The notes under the pieces are model-generated. The model worked only from the letters and a program-made list of their open reading frames with translations. It was not told the DNA's origin and searched no databases. From a virus (Duplodnaviria; Caudoviricetes), in IMG/VR virus record IMGVR_UViG_3300027852_000470, positions 1-28,080 of that record: 28,080 nt of DNA. The stretch is one strand, 5' to 3'. This document shows, in pieces, positions 15,785 through 24,931 of this stretch. Position 1 is the stretch's first letter; each line of letters begins with the position of its first letter. A program made the position numbers and the translations under genes.

Positions 15785-17688
15785 TAGTTACCCGCATTTT
15801 TATTGGCCACGTTCCACATGGTTAAGATATTTGCCCTGTTTACTGGAACCCCTTGCCGCCGCAGTGAATCGGTAATCGCTGTCAGGGACTGAACAAAGAT
15901 TTCTCTCTGATCTTCAGGGATATCAGCATCTTTGGCAAACGTCATTTTCTCGTCTTCTGACAAAAGGCTGAACAGTTTTTCATCATCAAACGAAACCCAC
16001 GTATCGGACTGGTCATACACAACCTTTTCAATACTCATCTGGTCAAGGATTTTCTGCTTGTCGGCCCACTTCACCGCGCCTTCAGCTATGACACGCCTGT
16101 CATATTCTGTTTGCCATGCGACGAACTTATCCTGATCTTTTTTCTTGTCAATGCCAACACGTTGCGCTGTATTGGCAATTCTTTGAAGTTCGGTCATGCC
16201 GGACGCCCCGGCTTTCTCCGTCGTACCCTTCCCAACCGCCTGCAATGCCGCCCTGTATTCTGGAAGGATAATATTTTCATATTGATGCTTGGTTACGCCG
16301 AACTCGTATTTTCCCTTGACCTCTTCAGGCGTAAGAGATGCAAATTCCCTCACACTGGCAGAATCAATTACAAACTTCTCCCATGTTTTGCCGCCGTCTC
16401 CGACTCTTAGATAATCAGGGTCAGCCTCGACAAGCTCAGCTTCCTGCTTGGCTTTCTCGACATACCGTCTTTGTGTCGCCGATAATCCTTTAAGGTCAGC
16501 CTCGGTCAAATCCTCGTTATTTACGGCCTTTTCAGAAGCGGCATCAAATCTCGCCTTGTCTTCGCTTGCCTCTGAACTGCGCCGGATAGTATCATTTTTA
16601 ACAAGGGCCGCAATTGTATCATCCTGATCCTTCGGGTCTTCAATCGTTTCTTTCGCAAACTCCACCTTTGCCGCCAGCGTCTCGAATCCGTTAGCCTCAA
16701 TGTTTTCCGTCAGTCCCTGCACCCTGCCCCGCCTCGCCAGATCATCAGACGCCTCTTGCTCCTGAAACCGTGTTTTAACCCGCGCAACAAGCTCGTCGGC
16801 CTTGGCCCTTGTTGGTGCCAGCTTTCGGGCCTTCGCCAGTTGCTCTGCAAGCGGCCCGCCCTCTCCGCTGATTTTAGCCGCGTTGTCATACGCCCATTGT
16901 TTGACCTCCCCGCCTTTTAATGTGTTTTCAATGGCGTTGAATTGGCTGCCGTCAATTTCGCCATTGGCCTTGGCTTTGTTGTAATATGCCCGCGCCTGAT
17001 CTGCGTCGATAGCATTAAGCCGCGTAATCTCCTGCATATGGATTGCTGTGGCTGTAAATTCAGCCTTTTCCTGCGCGGCTACTTCACTGTACCCCTTTTT
17101 TGTGTAGTAATCGAAAGCCTGGTCATAGGCCAGCCCGGCAAATTCCGCCGCCTTTTCCGGGGATTCTGCTGCCTCGTCAAAAATAGATTTCTGTCGCGCC
17201 GTAAACGACGCATCATTAACCGCTGTTCTCTGTGCGCTGAAATGTACTGCTGACCTGTCAAGGGCAGATTGCCGCCGCGCATTAAATGACCTTGTGATTA
17301 AATCACGAACACGTTGGGATGACGCCTTTGCCATGGATTTTTCATACAGGGCGTCAAGCGCATCAACATGGGATTTTTTGTCATTTATGGCGTGTTCACC
17401 ATATTTGCCAAGATATCCGGGGTTTTCTTCTGTTCCATGCAGTATAACACGGAGGGAATCGCTGTATTCAACATCAAGGTCGCGGGCTTCGCGTTCAGCC
17501 TCTTCTCTTGCTATTTTATCAGATGCCGCATCAAGGGTTGCGCCGATACGGTCAGTAGAAGCGGCTAACTGATTGTAGCCGGACGCAGCCTCCCTTGCTG
17601 CCATACCAGTACGAGCCCCGACGATACTACGAGGCGACCGAGATGATGGCCGTGGACCGAGATTTTCAAATGTTGGTAATGTAGGCAT
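15784..17688 (-). CDS. internal virion protein (T7 gp15 position)
   Basis: 634 aa, Ala/charged helical composition, MPTLPTF start, synteny. Confidence 0.65.
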   Translation of the reverse strand: MPTLPTFENLGPRPSSRSPRSIVGARTGMAAREAASGYNQLAASTDRIGATLDAASDKIAREEAEREARDLDVEYSDSLRVILHGTEENPGYLGKYGEHAINDKKSHVDALDALYEKSMAKASSQRVRDLITRSFNARRQSALDRSAVHFSAQRTAVNDASFTARQKSIFDEAAESPEKAAEFAGLAYDQAFDYYTKKGYSEVAAQEKAEFTATAIHMQEITRLNAIDADQARAYYNKAKANGEIDGSQFNAIENTLKGGEVKQWAYDNAAKISGEGGPLAEQLAKARKLAPTRAKADELVARVKTRFQEQEASDDLARRGRVQGLTENIEANGFETLAAKVEFAKETIEDPKDQDDTIAALVKNDTIRRSSEASEDKARFDAASEKAVNNEDLTEADLKGLSATQRRYVEKAKQEAELVEADPDYLRVGDGGKTWEKFVIDSASVREFASLTPEEVKGKYEFGVTKHQYENIILPEYRAALQAVGKGTTEKAGASGMTELQRIANTAQRVGIDKKKDQDKFVAWQTEYDRRVIAEGAVKWADKQKILDQMSIEKVVYDQSDTWVSFDDEKLFSLLSEDEKMTFAKDADIPEDQREIFVQSLTAITDSLRRQGVPVNRANILTMWNVANKNAGN

Positions 17689-17703
17689 TATCTATAATCC
17701 GCG

Positions 17704-18279
17704 TTATTTGAGTCTTGGCCCATTCCAGGTAATCCCGGTTCGAGAGTCATAAGAAGAGGTGCTTGTATCGCTTATTTGAGCCCCGTATTTTTCATACATG
17801 CTCACCCCGTCACTTGCCAGATTTGTAAATGCGCGGCTTCGCGCCATATTCCGCGCTACTTTCCCGGCTCGGGCTTCCTCCTGCCCTTCATACACTTTCA
17901 TATCAGCTTGCATTTCAAGGTTTCTGGCGCGGTCTTCACCAATGAATAATTCATTCAAGGCACGGAATTCACCCTCTTCCCCGATATCACCGAGGATATT
18001 TTCTACAGATCCACCCGTGCCGCCGCCGCTTGCCGCAGCAACAGCTTGCGCCCGCGATGAAATCAGATTTCCCTTGCGTCTTTCGTTTATTGCCGCCCGC
18101 TGGGATGCCGCCCGCTCTTGTCCTGCATTCTGCCTTGCCTGCGCCGCCTGATGGTTAAGCATCTTCTGGCGGGCGTTAGCGGCCTCCTGTGCGGCTTTTC
18201 CCGCAGCAGATGTCTGTATGAAAGAGAATGCCGCCTTGGCTACGGACATCCCTATCTTTATTCCTACCGGGATTGCCAT
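17704..18279 (-). CDS. internal virion protein (T7 gp14 position)
   Basis: Hydrophobic N-terminus, Ala/Gln/Arg helix, AAASGG---GS motif, synteny. Confidence 0.7.
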   Translation of the reverse strand: MAIPVGIKIGMSVAKAAFSFIQTSAAGKAAQEAANARQKMLNHQAAQARQNAGQERAASQRAAINERRKGNLISSRAQAVAAASGGGTGGSVENILGDIGEEGEFRALNELFIGEDRARNLEMQADMKVYEGQEEARAGKVARNMARSRAFTNLASDGVSMYEKYGAQISDTSTSSYDSRTGITWNGPRLK

Positions 18280-18626
18280 TTGTAAACGCCTCCATACTCG
18301 GTTGACACCACGAACTCAAAACCAAGCCATTCAATAAGCCTGTCGGACCCTTCGACGTCAGGGCTGGCCAACGCCATACAAGGCCCTTTGCCTATAATAT
18401 CATGAATTTTTCTTGAAAACTTCATTATTGACACCTTATATGGCCTGAACTCGTTATTTATTTCAACAAAGGCACACTTTGGATTGTATGTTATCCCGCC
18501 TATAGCCACCGGCCTGCCTTCCAACGTCGCCACCCATGCCCGCATTGTATTGGTTGGCGCATCACCGTACATCTCGATTATATCTGCCCGCGTTGCAGGT
18601 CTTAGTTCAGGTCTTGTCTGTTTCAC
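18264..18626 (-). CDS. GNAT-fold-like protein (T7 gp13 position)
   Basis: LRPATRADI, GRPVAIGG, RLIEWLGF motifs; follows tail tubular B. Confidence 0.65.
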   Translation of the reverse strand: MKQTRPELRPATRADIIEMYGDAPTNTMRAWVATLEGRPVAIGGITYNPKCAFVEINNEFRPYKVSIMKFSRKIHDIIGKGPCMALASPDVEGSDRLIEWLGFEFVVSTEYGGVYKWQSR

Positions 18627-21357
18627 GCAGACCTACCACAGCCGCAAGAATAGTTGCCGGTCGCGGAGCGTTGGATTCAAGACAGAACCTTGCGTCCGTA
18701 TCCCATGTTCCTGCAAACTCAAACATATCTTCATCATACTCTGAATGCACAGTATCCAAGTCTACCTCTGCGCCTTTATTATCAATAAGCGGCAGATTAT
18801 CCATGTTGTCAAAGTCAGGGCCGTATTTAACGCCCTGCGCGTGAGTGTCACACATTATCAGCCCCGCATGTGTAACTCGCTTGCGCTGTGTCAAGGCTGT
18901 ACCAAGTCTTGTAGCATAGGCGAGTTTTGTAGATTTAAATCTTGCTCGGTAAGCAAGGCCGACAATTCCCGTAGTGGCGGAATAACTTGACCCTTCGTCT
19001 GTTAGCGCCGCAATGCTGCCATCAGATTCAACCGTAAATGTTGCTATTTCATCAGCAGAATCTTTAAGGCATATACCATCAGCCCATACCACAACAGTCT
19101 TGCCCACAAGATGAGAGCATGTCCCGGCAGGAACAGATGTAGCAGCAGGGGAATTGGTAAATGTTGCAAACGAATCTGCCTGCTTGTTAAGCGTACCACC
19201 AACAGCCTCACTTTCAAGCGCCCATTTTTCAAGATACCTGACTGTGCCGCCATTTACTGTTCTTTTGACAAGGTAATAAACCTTGTCCTCAACTGCCCCC
19301 GGCAACACAACAACATCCTCGACCAGACCGTCTGTTTCTATATCTATCCAGCAGAGAACTTCATTTGCCAACTCCCTGATTAACATTGCCACAGTGCCAT
19401 CAGAACGGACAAAATGTATTCTTGTATCAGGCTGTCTCTGCACATCAACGCGGACAATTTCAGGCTCGCCAATTTCAGGAATTATGTCTGTTAAATCTGT
19501 AGGGCTGTAATCATTGTCATCAAACGAGAACGCCATCTCGTAAACTCTTGTCCCGCCCCTTTGCACAAATATTCCATTGGCATCCACCTTGATTGCCGGA
19601 ATTTTTGCCGAGCCTTCCGTAGATGCTGCTTTCTGGTTAAAGTTATCGGGCGTTAATGGCTCATCAAAACTTGTCGATCGTATCGAAATTTCGGCCCCGG
19701 ACGTTCCTGCGATTAGCCGTTGGAGAGGTAAAAGCCAGTTTACAACATCAACAGGACCAGAGCCTATTAATCTGTTGATAGGGCCTGAATCACCCTCTTG
19801 ATCTTCATCAAAACTATCAAAAGCATCTGATATAGACCCGTTAAATTTGCCCTTGCCCGCCATGTCAAGACGACCCTCATAGAACGCAAGAGCGGAAGGC
19901 CATCCTCGATAAGTGGACCACGCCCCTTCTGACCAGTCACGGGATGCGTCAGTGCCGCCCATGTTGGTCAAGACTGCTGCCGAAACAACGGTTGCACTTG
20001 TATATCCTGTCACACGGCAAATACCCTTCAATCCCCCCGAAGCATAGGTCAGGGTCAAAGAAACTGTACCGGACGTAAATTCCCCGGACTTGACACCTAT
20101 TCGATAATAGATAATCTGGTTGTCAAGGCCATCGTCATAATTAATCGTCGCATTGGTGGTGTATGTCGTAACATCTGTCCACGACCCTATTTCATCAACT
20201 GACCGTTGTAATGTAACTGTTGCCACCCATGTTCCGAGCCGGACAATCTCAAATATTCGAGAATCGGCAACTCCCGTAACCCTGATAGGATCTGTGAACT
20301 CATCTTCAGCCGTTACATTAGAAATCACTTGCTGGCCAATAGAGGTAATGCTTAATAACGCGCCCACATGATTAGCGTCGAAGAAATTCCTCGACGCCGT
20401 TACCGTAATATCGCCGCTCAAACCGTCGGGCGTAAGTTTGATAGATGTTGTGTTGATGTCCCGAAAAGGACCATCCAAAGGCTGATAAAGGGAAATCCCC
20501 CATGACTTCGAATTGGTACTGATAAACCGTTCAAGCTTCCGTTGCTGGTATCCCTCGCAGGCAATGAAGATAACATCGCCGGAATCGTCATGCCTTAGCA
20601 AGTCAAGGTCGCCGCTTGTCGTCCACGGGCTCGGCAATGTCAAGTCGCCCGAAGAATCCACGGCAACAGAATCCACAAGAGCTTTTGCTTGCGACCGGCT
20701 GGCAATCTCTATATGGAAATCACCTGTAGGGGTAAAGGCAAATGAATACGTACCCGTCCCCAGATCTGTTTCGCCAATATATTCCCCGTTCCCTGTCGTA
20801 GAGCCTATTTTAATAGTCACAGGGCCACGCTCAATAGTAAACGTGACGCCATGCTCTACGTTTTCATCGGCCCCCGCCACGCTAACCTGTTGCCTTCGAA
20901 TGGCGGCGTTAAACAGTGTACCTACCAACTCACAATAGCCGCCTGTCAACCATTGAGATTTAGCCCCCGCTTCATCGTTATCTATCCAGCTTGATACATC
21001 GCTATCAAACGTGCCATTTGTGATAGCTGTAGAGACGCTTGGCCTTGTGACGATGACATCATCTACAACAATCCTGATTCCCGTCGCGGTAACTTCGGCA
21101 AGAGCGATGTCTGTTGTTGAAAATATAAACGGGATATACTTTGCTGCGACATTTGACGGAGTGCCAAACAGATATTCAAGGCCGGGACGTAACGACATGG
21201 AGCCAAGAACCCGAGGCGGGTAATTCGTCTGCTCATCAGCAGAAAACGCCATGCGTTGAAGGTCAACACGGGCAAGGGCCTTGCGACTTACCCGACCGCG
21301 ATTAAACGCAAGGATAGCCTCGTTTGTATCGCCGTCTCCATATCTGCGTTCAGCCAA
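18607..21357 (-). CDS. tail tubular protein B / nozzle
   Basis: 916 aa; FNRG-VS---LARVD...N------G----RPG start, GWPS--AFYEGRL, GL-Y C-terminal motif. Confidence 0.8.
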   Translation of the reverse strand: MAERRYGDGDTNEAILAFNRGRVSRKALARVDLQRMAFSADEQTNYPPRVLGSMSLRPGLEYLFGTPSNVAAKYIPFIFSTTDIALAEVTATGIRIVVDDVIVTRPSVSTAITNGTFDSDVSSWIDNDEAGAKSQWLTGGYCELVGTLFNAAIRRQQVSVAGADENVEHGVTFTIERGPVTIKIGSTTGNGEYIGETDLGTGTYSFAFTPTGDFHIEIASRSQAKALVDSVAVDSSGDLTLPSPWTTSGDLDLLRHDDSGDVIFIACEGYQQRKLERFISTNSKSWGISLYQPLDGPFRDINTTSIKLTPDGLSGDITVTASRNFFDANHVGALLSITSIGQQVISNVTAEDEFTDPIRVTGVADSRIFEIVRLGTWVATVTLQRSVDEIGSWTDVTTYTTNATINYDDGLDNQIIYYRIGVKSGEFTSGTVSLTLTYASGGLKGICRVTGYTSATVVSAAVLTNMGGTDASRDWSEGAWSTYRGWPSALAFYEGRLDMAGKGKFNGSISDAFDSFDEDQEGDSGPINRLIGSGPVDVVNWLLPLQRLIAGTSGAEISIRSTSFDEPLTPDNFNQKAASTEGSAKIPAIKVDANGIFVQRGGTRVYEMAFSFDDNDYSPTDLTDIIPEIGEPEIVRVDVQRQPDTRIHFVRSDGTVAMLIRELANEVLCWIDIETDGLVEDVVVLPGAVEDKVYYLVKRTVNGGTVRYLEKWALESEAVGGTLNKQADSFATFTNSPAATSVPAGTCSHLVGKTVVVWADGICLKDSADEIATFTVESDGSIAALTDEGSSYSATTGIVGLAYRARFKSTKLAYATRLGTALTQRKRVTHAGLIMCDTHAQGVKYGPDFDNMDNLPLIDNKGAEVDLDTVHSEYDEDMFEFAGTWDTDARFCLESNAPRPATILAAVVGLRETDKT

Positions 21358-21994
21358 TTAACTGCCCCCGATTACCGCCATCCCTGCGACCCCAATTCCT
21401 GCGCGATCTGTTCCAGCTTCCCTCTTCAGGTATAGAGGTGCCTTCATTCATCGCATCTTTGGCACTCAGACTGGCAAGTGAGCGTTTTAACTTCATTTCT
21501 ATTTTTTCTTCCGTCTTTTCGCTCTTTGTCAGCTTGGCGACAATACGGGAGGCAAGATAAATTTCAACATGCCGTGTAAAGGCTTCTGTCCAGTTTCCAA
21601 GGTTGTTGCCGTAATTAGCCCCATCAGAAACCATCTTGACGTAAAGAGTATCAACATCAGCCCACCAATAGCCTGCTTCATCAGCGAATTGGTGAGCCTT
21701 GTATTTTGTTGTAAAATACTCTTCTGGCGATACGACAGATGTTCGTACCCAATCAGATGGCTTTGAAAACGCCCTTGTAAAACCAAACTCAGGATCAAGG
21801 CTCGGGTCATACTCGATTTTCAGCGACCGCATGGCGAAGTTCCAGAACCCGGCTTCAAGGCAGGTCTTGACGGCCCCACCCGACCAGACATCGTCAAGCA
21901 ACCGTCGCGGCTCCCTGTCTTCAGTCAGTGAAGCAAGCTTGCGCTCACCGCACAAAATCAGGGTAGCATTATAAATTAACAGTTTGTCAGCCAT
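21350..21994 (-). CDS. tail tubular protein A / adaptor
   Basis: I-N--L--CGE--L-SL-E, WNFA, P-DW-R, YLA motifs. Confidence 0.8.
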   Translation of the reverse strand: MADKLLIYNATLILCGERKLASLTEDREPRRLLDDVWSGGAVKTCLEAGFWNFAMRSLKIEYDPSLDPEFGFTRAFSKPSDWVRTSVVSPEEYFTTKYKAHQFADEAGYWWADVDTLYVKMVSDGANYGNNLGNWTEAFTRHVEIYLASRIVAKLTKSEKTEEKIEMKLKRSLASLSAKDAMNEGTSIPEEGSWNRSRRNWGRRDGGNRGQLIG

Positions 21995-22447
21995 TTAAGC
22001 CGCCAAACTTTGCGCGTTATCAGCCATCCACTTGATAGCATTGCTTTTCTGCGCGAAACCGTCTTTCATGATTGCCTTGTCAGACTTCCGGCGAACGCCA
22101 AATTTGTTATAGGGGCTAATCCATGTGACATACAGATTGTCCGTTTCCATCGCGCTATCATCGACTTCATCAAGCTTGACATCGCGCAGGATTTGTAACT
22201 TTGCGCTGTGAGGCCCTACATGAAGAACCAGATATTCAGCCCACCACGACCCATCCTGACATGTTGCCTCAATACGGTCGTTGGCCTGAATGCCTATTTC
22301 TGTCGCTACATGCTTCCAGTATTCAGGATTACACAAGTCAGCGACCTTGACGCCCTCGACCGGGGTTACGCACCAGAAATTACGTGCTGAGTTTGCAAGC
22401 TTGATATGGCCCCTGTTCAGGTGGCCGACATGATGTTCTTTTGGCAT
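21995..22447 (-). CDS. hypothetical virion-module protein
   Basis: GGAGG SD; stop abuts the next ATG. Confidence 0.7.
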   Translation of the reverse strand: MPKEHHVGHLNRGHIKLANSARNFWCVTPVEGVKVADLCNPEYWKHVATEIGIQANDRIEATCQDGSWWAEYLVLHVGPHSAKLQILRDVKLDEVDDSAMETDNLYVTWISPYNKFGVRRKSDKAIMKDGFAQKSNAIKWMADNAQSLAA

Positions 22448-22463
22448 AGTGCCTCCATTGAAT

Positions 22464-22493
22464 AAAAAAGAAACGGGGAGTCGAAACTCCCCG
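22464..22493 (-). terminator. intrinsic terminator after the capsid and decoration genes
   Basis: CGGGGAGT-TTCG-ACTCCCCG followed by TTTCTTTTTT. Confidence 0.9.
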
Positions 22494-22500
22494 CCATTGG

Positions 22501-22758
22501 TTAAACGGTAACTGTAGCCGCGACGACCGTAGCCGCGCCGCCTGCCGTAACCGCAGAGACGAACATTGGCGTCATAACGCCAGCCGTATCGAAAACCCAG
22601 ACAGGATCGCCGACCTTCATTCCAAGGGCATCGCCGTTGGTGAAGTACCCTGCTGCATCAACATCACTGTCAACATCAGCAGAGGAATAGTGCCAGACAG
22701 ACGGCCCGCTCATAGTGCTGGACATCTTGGCTGGAGGGTTAGTTGTTGCATAAGCCAT
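22501..22758 (-). CDS. putative capsid decoration/cement protein
   Basis: 85 aa, beta-rich, AGYF...MKVGD; perfect AAGGAGGT SD; between capsid gene and terminator. Confidence 0.6.
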   Translation of the reverse strand: MAYATTNPPAKMSSTMSGPSVWHYSSADVDSDVDAAGYFTNGDALGMKVGDPVWVFDTAGVMTPMFVSAVTAGGAATVVAATVTV

Positions 22759-22771
22759 TTGTCAAACCTCC

Positions 22772-23629
22772 TTATGTTGCAACGTTAGCAGAGTTATCAT
22801 GCAAAATCTGCACAATACCGGAGTTCTGGAGCTTTTTAGACCCCATGAACGTAGAACAACGACAGTATGAATAATCCTGTTCGTCTTCATATCCGATAGC
22901 AGTATCCATGCCTTCTTTATCAATGGCATGTCCAATACTGTTTTTGTGATAGATATAGCATTTCTCGGAAGAGCCCGCACCGCCCGCACCGACCGACCCG
23001 GTCAGACGAGGATGCATGATCCAGTTGACACCCGCCCACCGAAGATATGTCTGCACAGGTCCGCTAAACGGCTGGACCTTGACATAATCAGCAGAAGAGA
23101 ATTCAGGCAACTGCATCAATTCCCCCCAAAAACCGGGAGAAATCAGGCCAAACATATTATCCTGTTCATCAATTGGAACAAGATTGTCACCAAGAATAGT
23201 CAATGCATGCATGACTTCACTCAATGAGGCGGTAGATGCAGCGCCGGTATCATTGGTTGCTGCATCAAGTTGCGCAATGATATCGTCATCAATCTTCCGA
23301 TTGACAACGCCCATTGTCGTTACCTGCATAAGCGCAGTTTGATTGCCTTGGGACGCGAAGATATTAAACCGCGACTTTCGGACAAGATCATGCCACTCAG
23401 CCAACGTCGCCGTGTTCTGAGTGTTACTGTCGGCACGCGCAGGGATAAGCCCGTCCGCACCACGGGTTACAGCCGTTGCGCTTCCACTGTCAGAGACAAG
23501 GAAAACGGCTTCATTCCCGTTTACGTTCGCTTCCGTCACAACCGTATGACGCAAGCGTGATTGCCTATCCTCAAACCCGAGGATAAACTCGTTTCTGTAT
23601 TTTGTTTGATATGCTGATGTGTCAGCCAT
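22772..23629 (-). CDS. major capsid protein
   Basis: 285 aa; F---F--RQSRLR-TV, RKIDDDII, C-terminal GS------GIVQI; strong SD; follows scaffold. Confidence 0.85.
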   Translation of the reverse strand: MADTSAYQTKYRNEFILGFEDRQSRLRHTVVTEANVNGNEAVFLVSDSGSATAVTRGADGLIPARADSNTQNTATLAEWHDLVRKSRFNIFASQGNQTALMQVTTMGVVNRKIDDDIIAQLDAATNDTGAASTASLSEVMHALTILGDNLVPIDEQDNMFGLISPGFWGELMQLPEFSSADYVKVQPFSGPVQTYLRWAGVNWIMHPRLTGSVGAGGAGSSEKCYIYHKNSIGHAIDKEGMDTAIGYEDEQDYSYCRCSTFMGSKKLQNSGIVQILHDNSANVAT

Positions 23630-23661
23630 AACAAATCTCCTTTCAAAAAGATTTCAAATGA

Positions 23662-23779
23662 CCGTTTACTCGGGTTGTCCGCTTTTGTATTGGCGCAGGT
23701 TGTCCATAAGGGGCTGCTAGGATTAGCGGGGCTTTGTACTCGGGTTAGTAAAATGGCGGGGCCTTTCGGGTTGTCCGCC
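23662..23779 (-). promoter_or_regulatory. structured RNA element in the capsid 5' leader
   Basis: Three GGACAACC strands each pairing with a GCCCC strand; GAAA and UUAU tetraloops. Confidence 0.7.
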
Positions 23780-24675
23780 TATGCTCGCGCTCGGGATTTC
23801 TCCTTTGCGCCAAGTAATTTCAAATATTCATCCTGCATCGGCTGGTCTTTGACATAAGCCGCATTGTCTGTTCGCATCACCTTTTCAATTTCGGCAATTC
23901 TGGCATCAAGCGCGGCAGCAGGATCGCCACCACCAGCGCCGACAACTGTTACCAGTGGATTAATATCACGCATCTGGCCAACAAGCCATTTCAAAACTTC
24001 AGGATTGCTGCCTAGAGGCTTTCCGTCTTCACCCCTTGCCGAGAGAATAGCGTTCTTGACCTCTTCGCCGCCACTGTCGAGCCAGGCATTCATATCGTTG
24101 AGATTGCGCCGGAAATCAGCGCCCCAGTGAGTATTCAACTCATCATCGGTATCTTTCTTTGCCTGTGCGTCGGATTCCGCCACTTCGGCAAGAGTGTTTT
24201 CTATATGTTCGTAATACGCTGCCATCGCTTGGTGCACGACAGGGGCAGGAGCATTGATTTCATGCATTTTTGCCGACAGAACATCCATTCCCGCCTGATC
24301 TTCTTCACCGATAACCAAACCATCCGGCAAACCTTCCATATATCCGGCTGCTTCGCTCGGGACGCTTTTCTGTTCCCGCCACGCTGCTTTTTCTTCATCT
24401 GTTCCCTCATCAGGAAAGGCCACGTTGATATCAGCCGATTTGTATTTGGTTTCCAGCTCCATATATGAATCGAGAATTTTACCCGGCGCGTCAAACCGTC
24501 CTGCACGGGCCAGCTTCTTTTCGTCGCCGCCAGAAATTTCCTCGCGCCAGTTTTCAGGCCAGATAACCTTGCTTTCCTGTCCGGGGTTGCTCAGGGTTGT
24601 TTCTGTCTTTGTTTCTGTGGCTTCGGTTTTTACTTCAGTAGCCTCAGTAGCTTCGGTTTGCATTGCTTCAGACAT
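23779..24675 (-). CDS. capsid scaffolding protein
   Basis: Acidic low-complexity N-terminus, WPENWR, SY-ELE, L--HWG-DF, LGSNPE; between portal and capsid. Confidence 0.8.
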   Translation of the reverse strand: MSEAMQTEATEATEVKTEATETKTETTLSNPGQESKVIWPENWREEISGGDEKKLARAGRFDAPGKILDSYMELETKYKSADINVAFPDEGTDEEKAAWREQKSVPSEAAGYMEGLPDGLVIGEEDQAGMDVLSAKMHEINAPAPVVHQAMAAYYEHIENTLAEVAESDAQAKKDTDDELNTHWGADFRRNLNDMNAWLDSGGEEVKNAILSARGEDGKPLGSNPEVLKWLVGQMRDINPLVTVVGAGGGDPAAALDARIAEIEKVMRTDNAAYVKDQPMQDEYLKLLGAKEKSRARA

Positions 24676-24931
24676 TCTTGTTTCCTTTCGGGAAAAGTTT
24701 TTCCATAGGGGTTATTACTAAGTGCACGATTTGATTTCCGACAAACCGCCTGCCCTCGGCGAACGCTGTCAGCCTGTCTCCGTCAACACCGGAAGCAAAG
24801 GACATGCTTTCACGGTCGCTGATTATTTTTACGATATACGACATCGCGGTTATCTGTTGCTCTGGCGTAGCCTCGCCACGCTCCATAGCCCTGATAGCAG
24901 CCACAGCAGGCTTAGACAGCTTGATTTTCAT
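24668..24931 (-). CDS. Bbp19-like head-module protein
   Basis: TAFAEGRRFVG-QI motif immediately after the portal. Confidence 0.7.
   Translation of the reverse strand: MKIKLSKPAVAAIRAMERGEATPEQQITAMSYIVKIISDRESMSFASGVDGDRLTAFAEGRRFVGNQIVHLVITPMEKLFPKGNKNV

Noticed and set aside
22759-22810. T7 gp10B-type capsid frameshift or readthrough
   Set aside because: No slippery heptamer near the stop; the next gene has its own perfect SD
24598-24660. TEATEATEVKTEATETKTET repeat
   Set aside because: Ordinary low-complexity scaffold N-terminus
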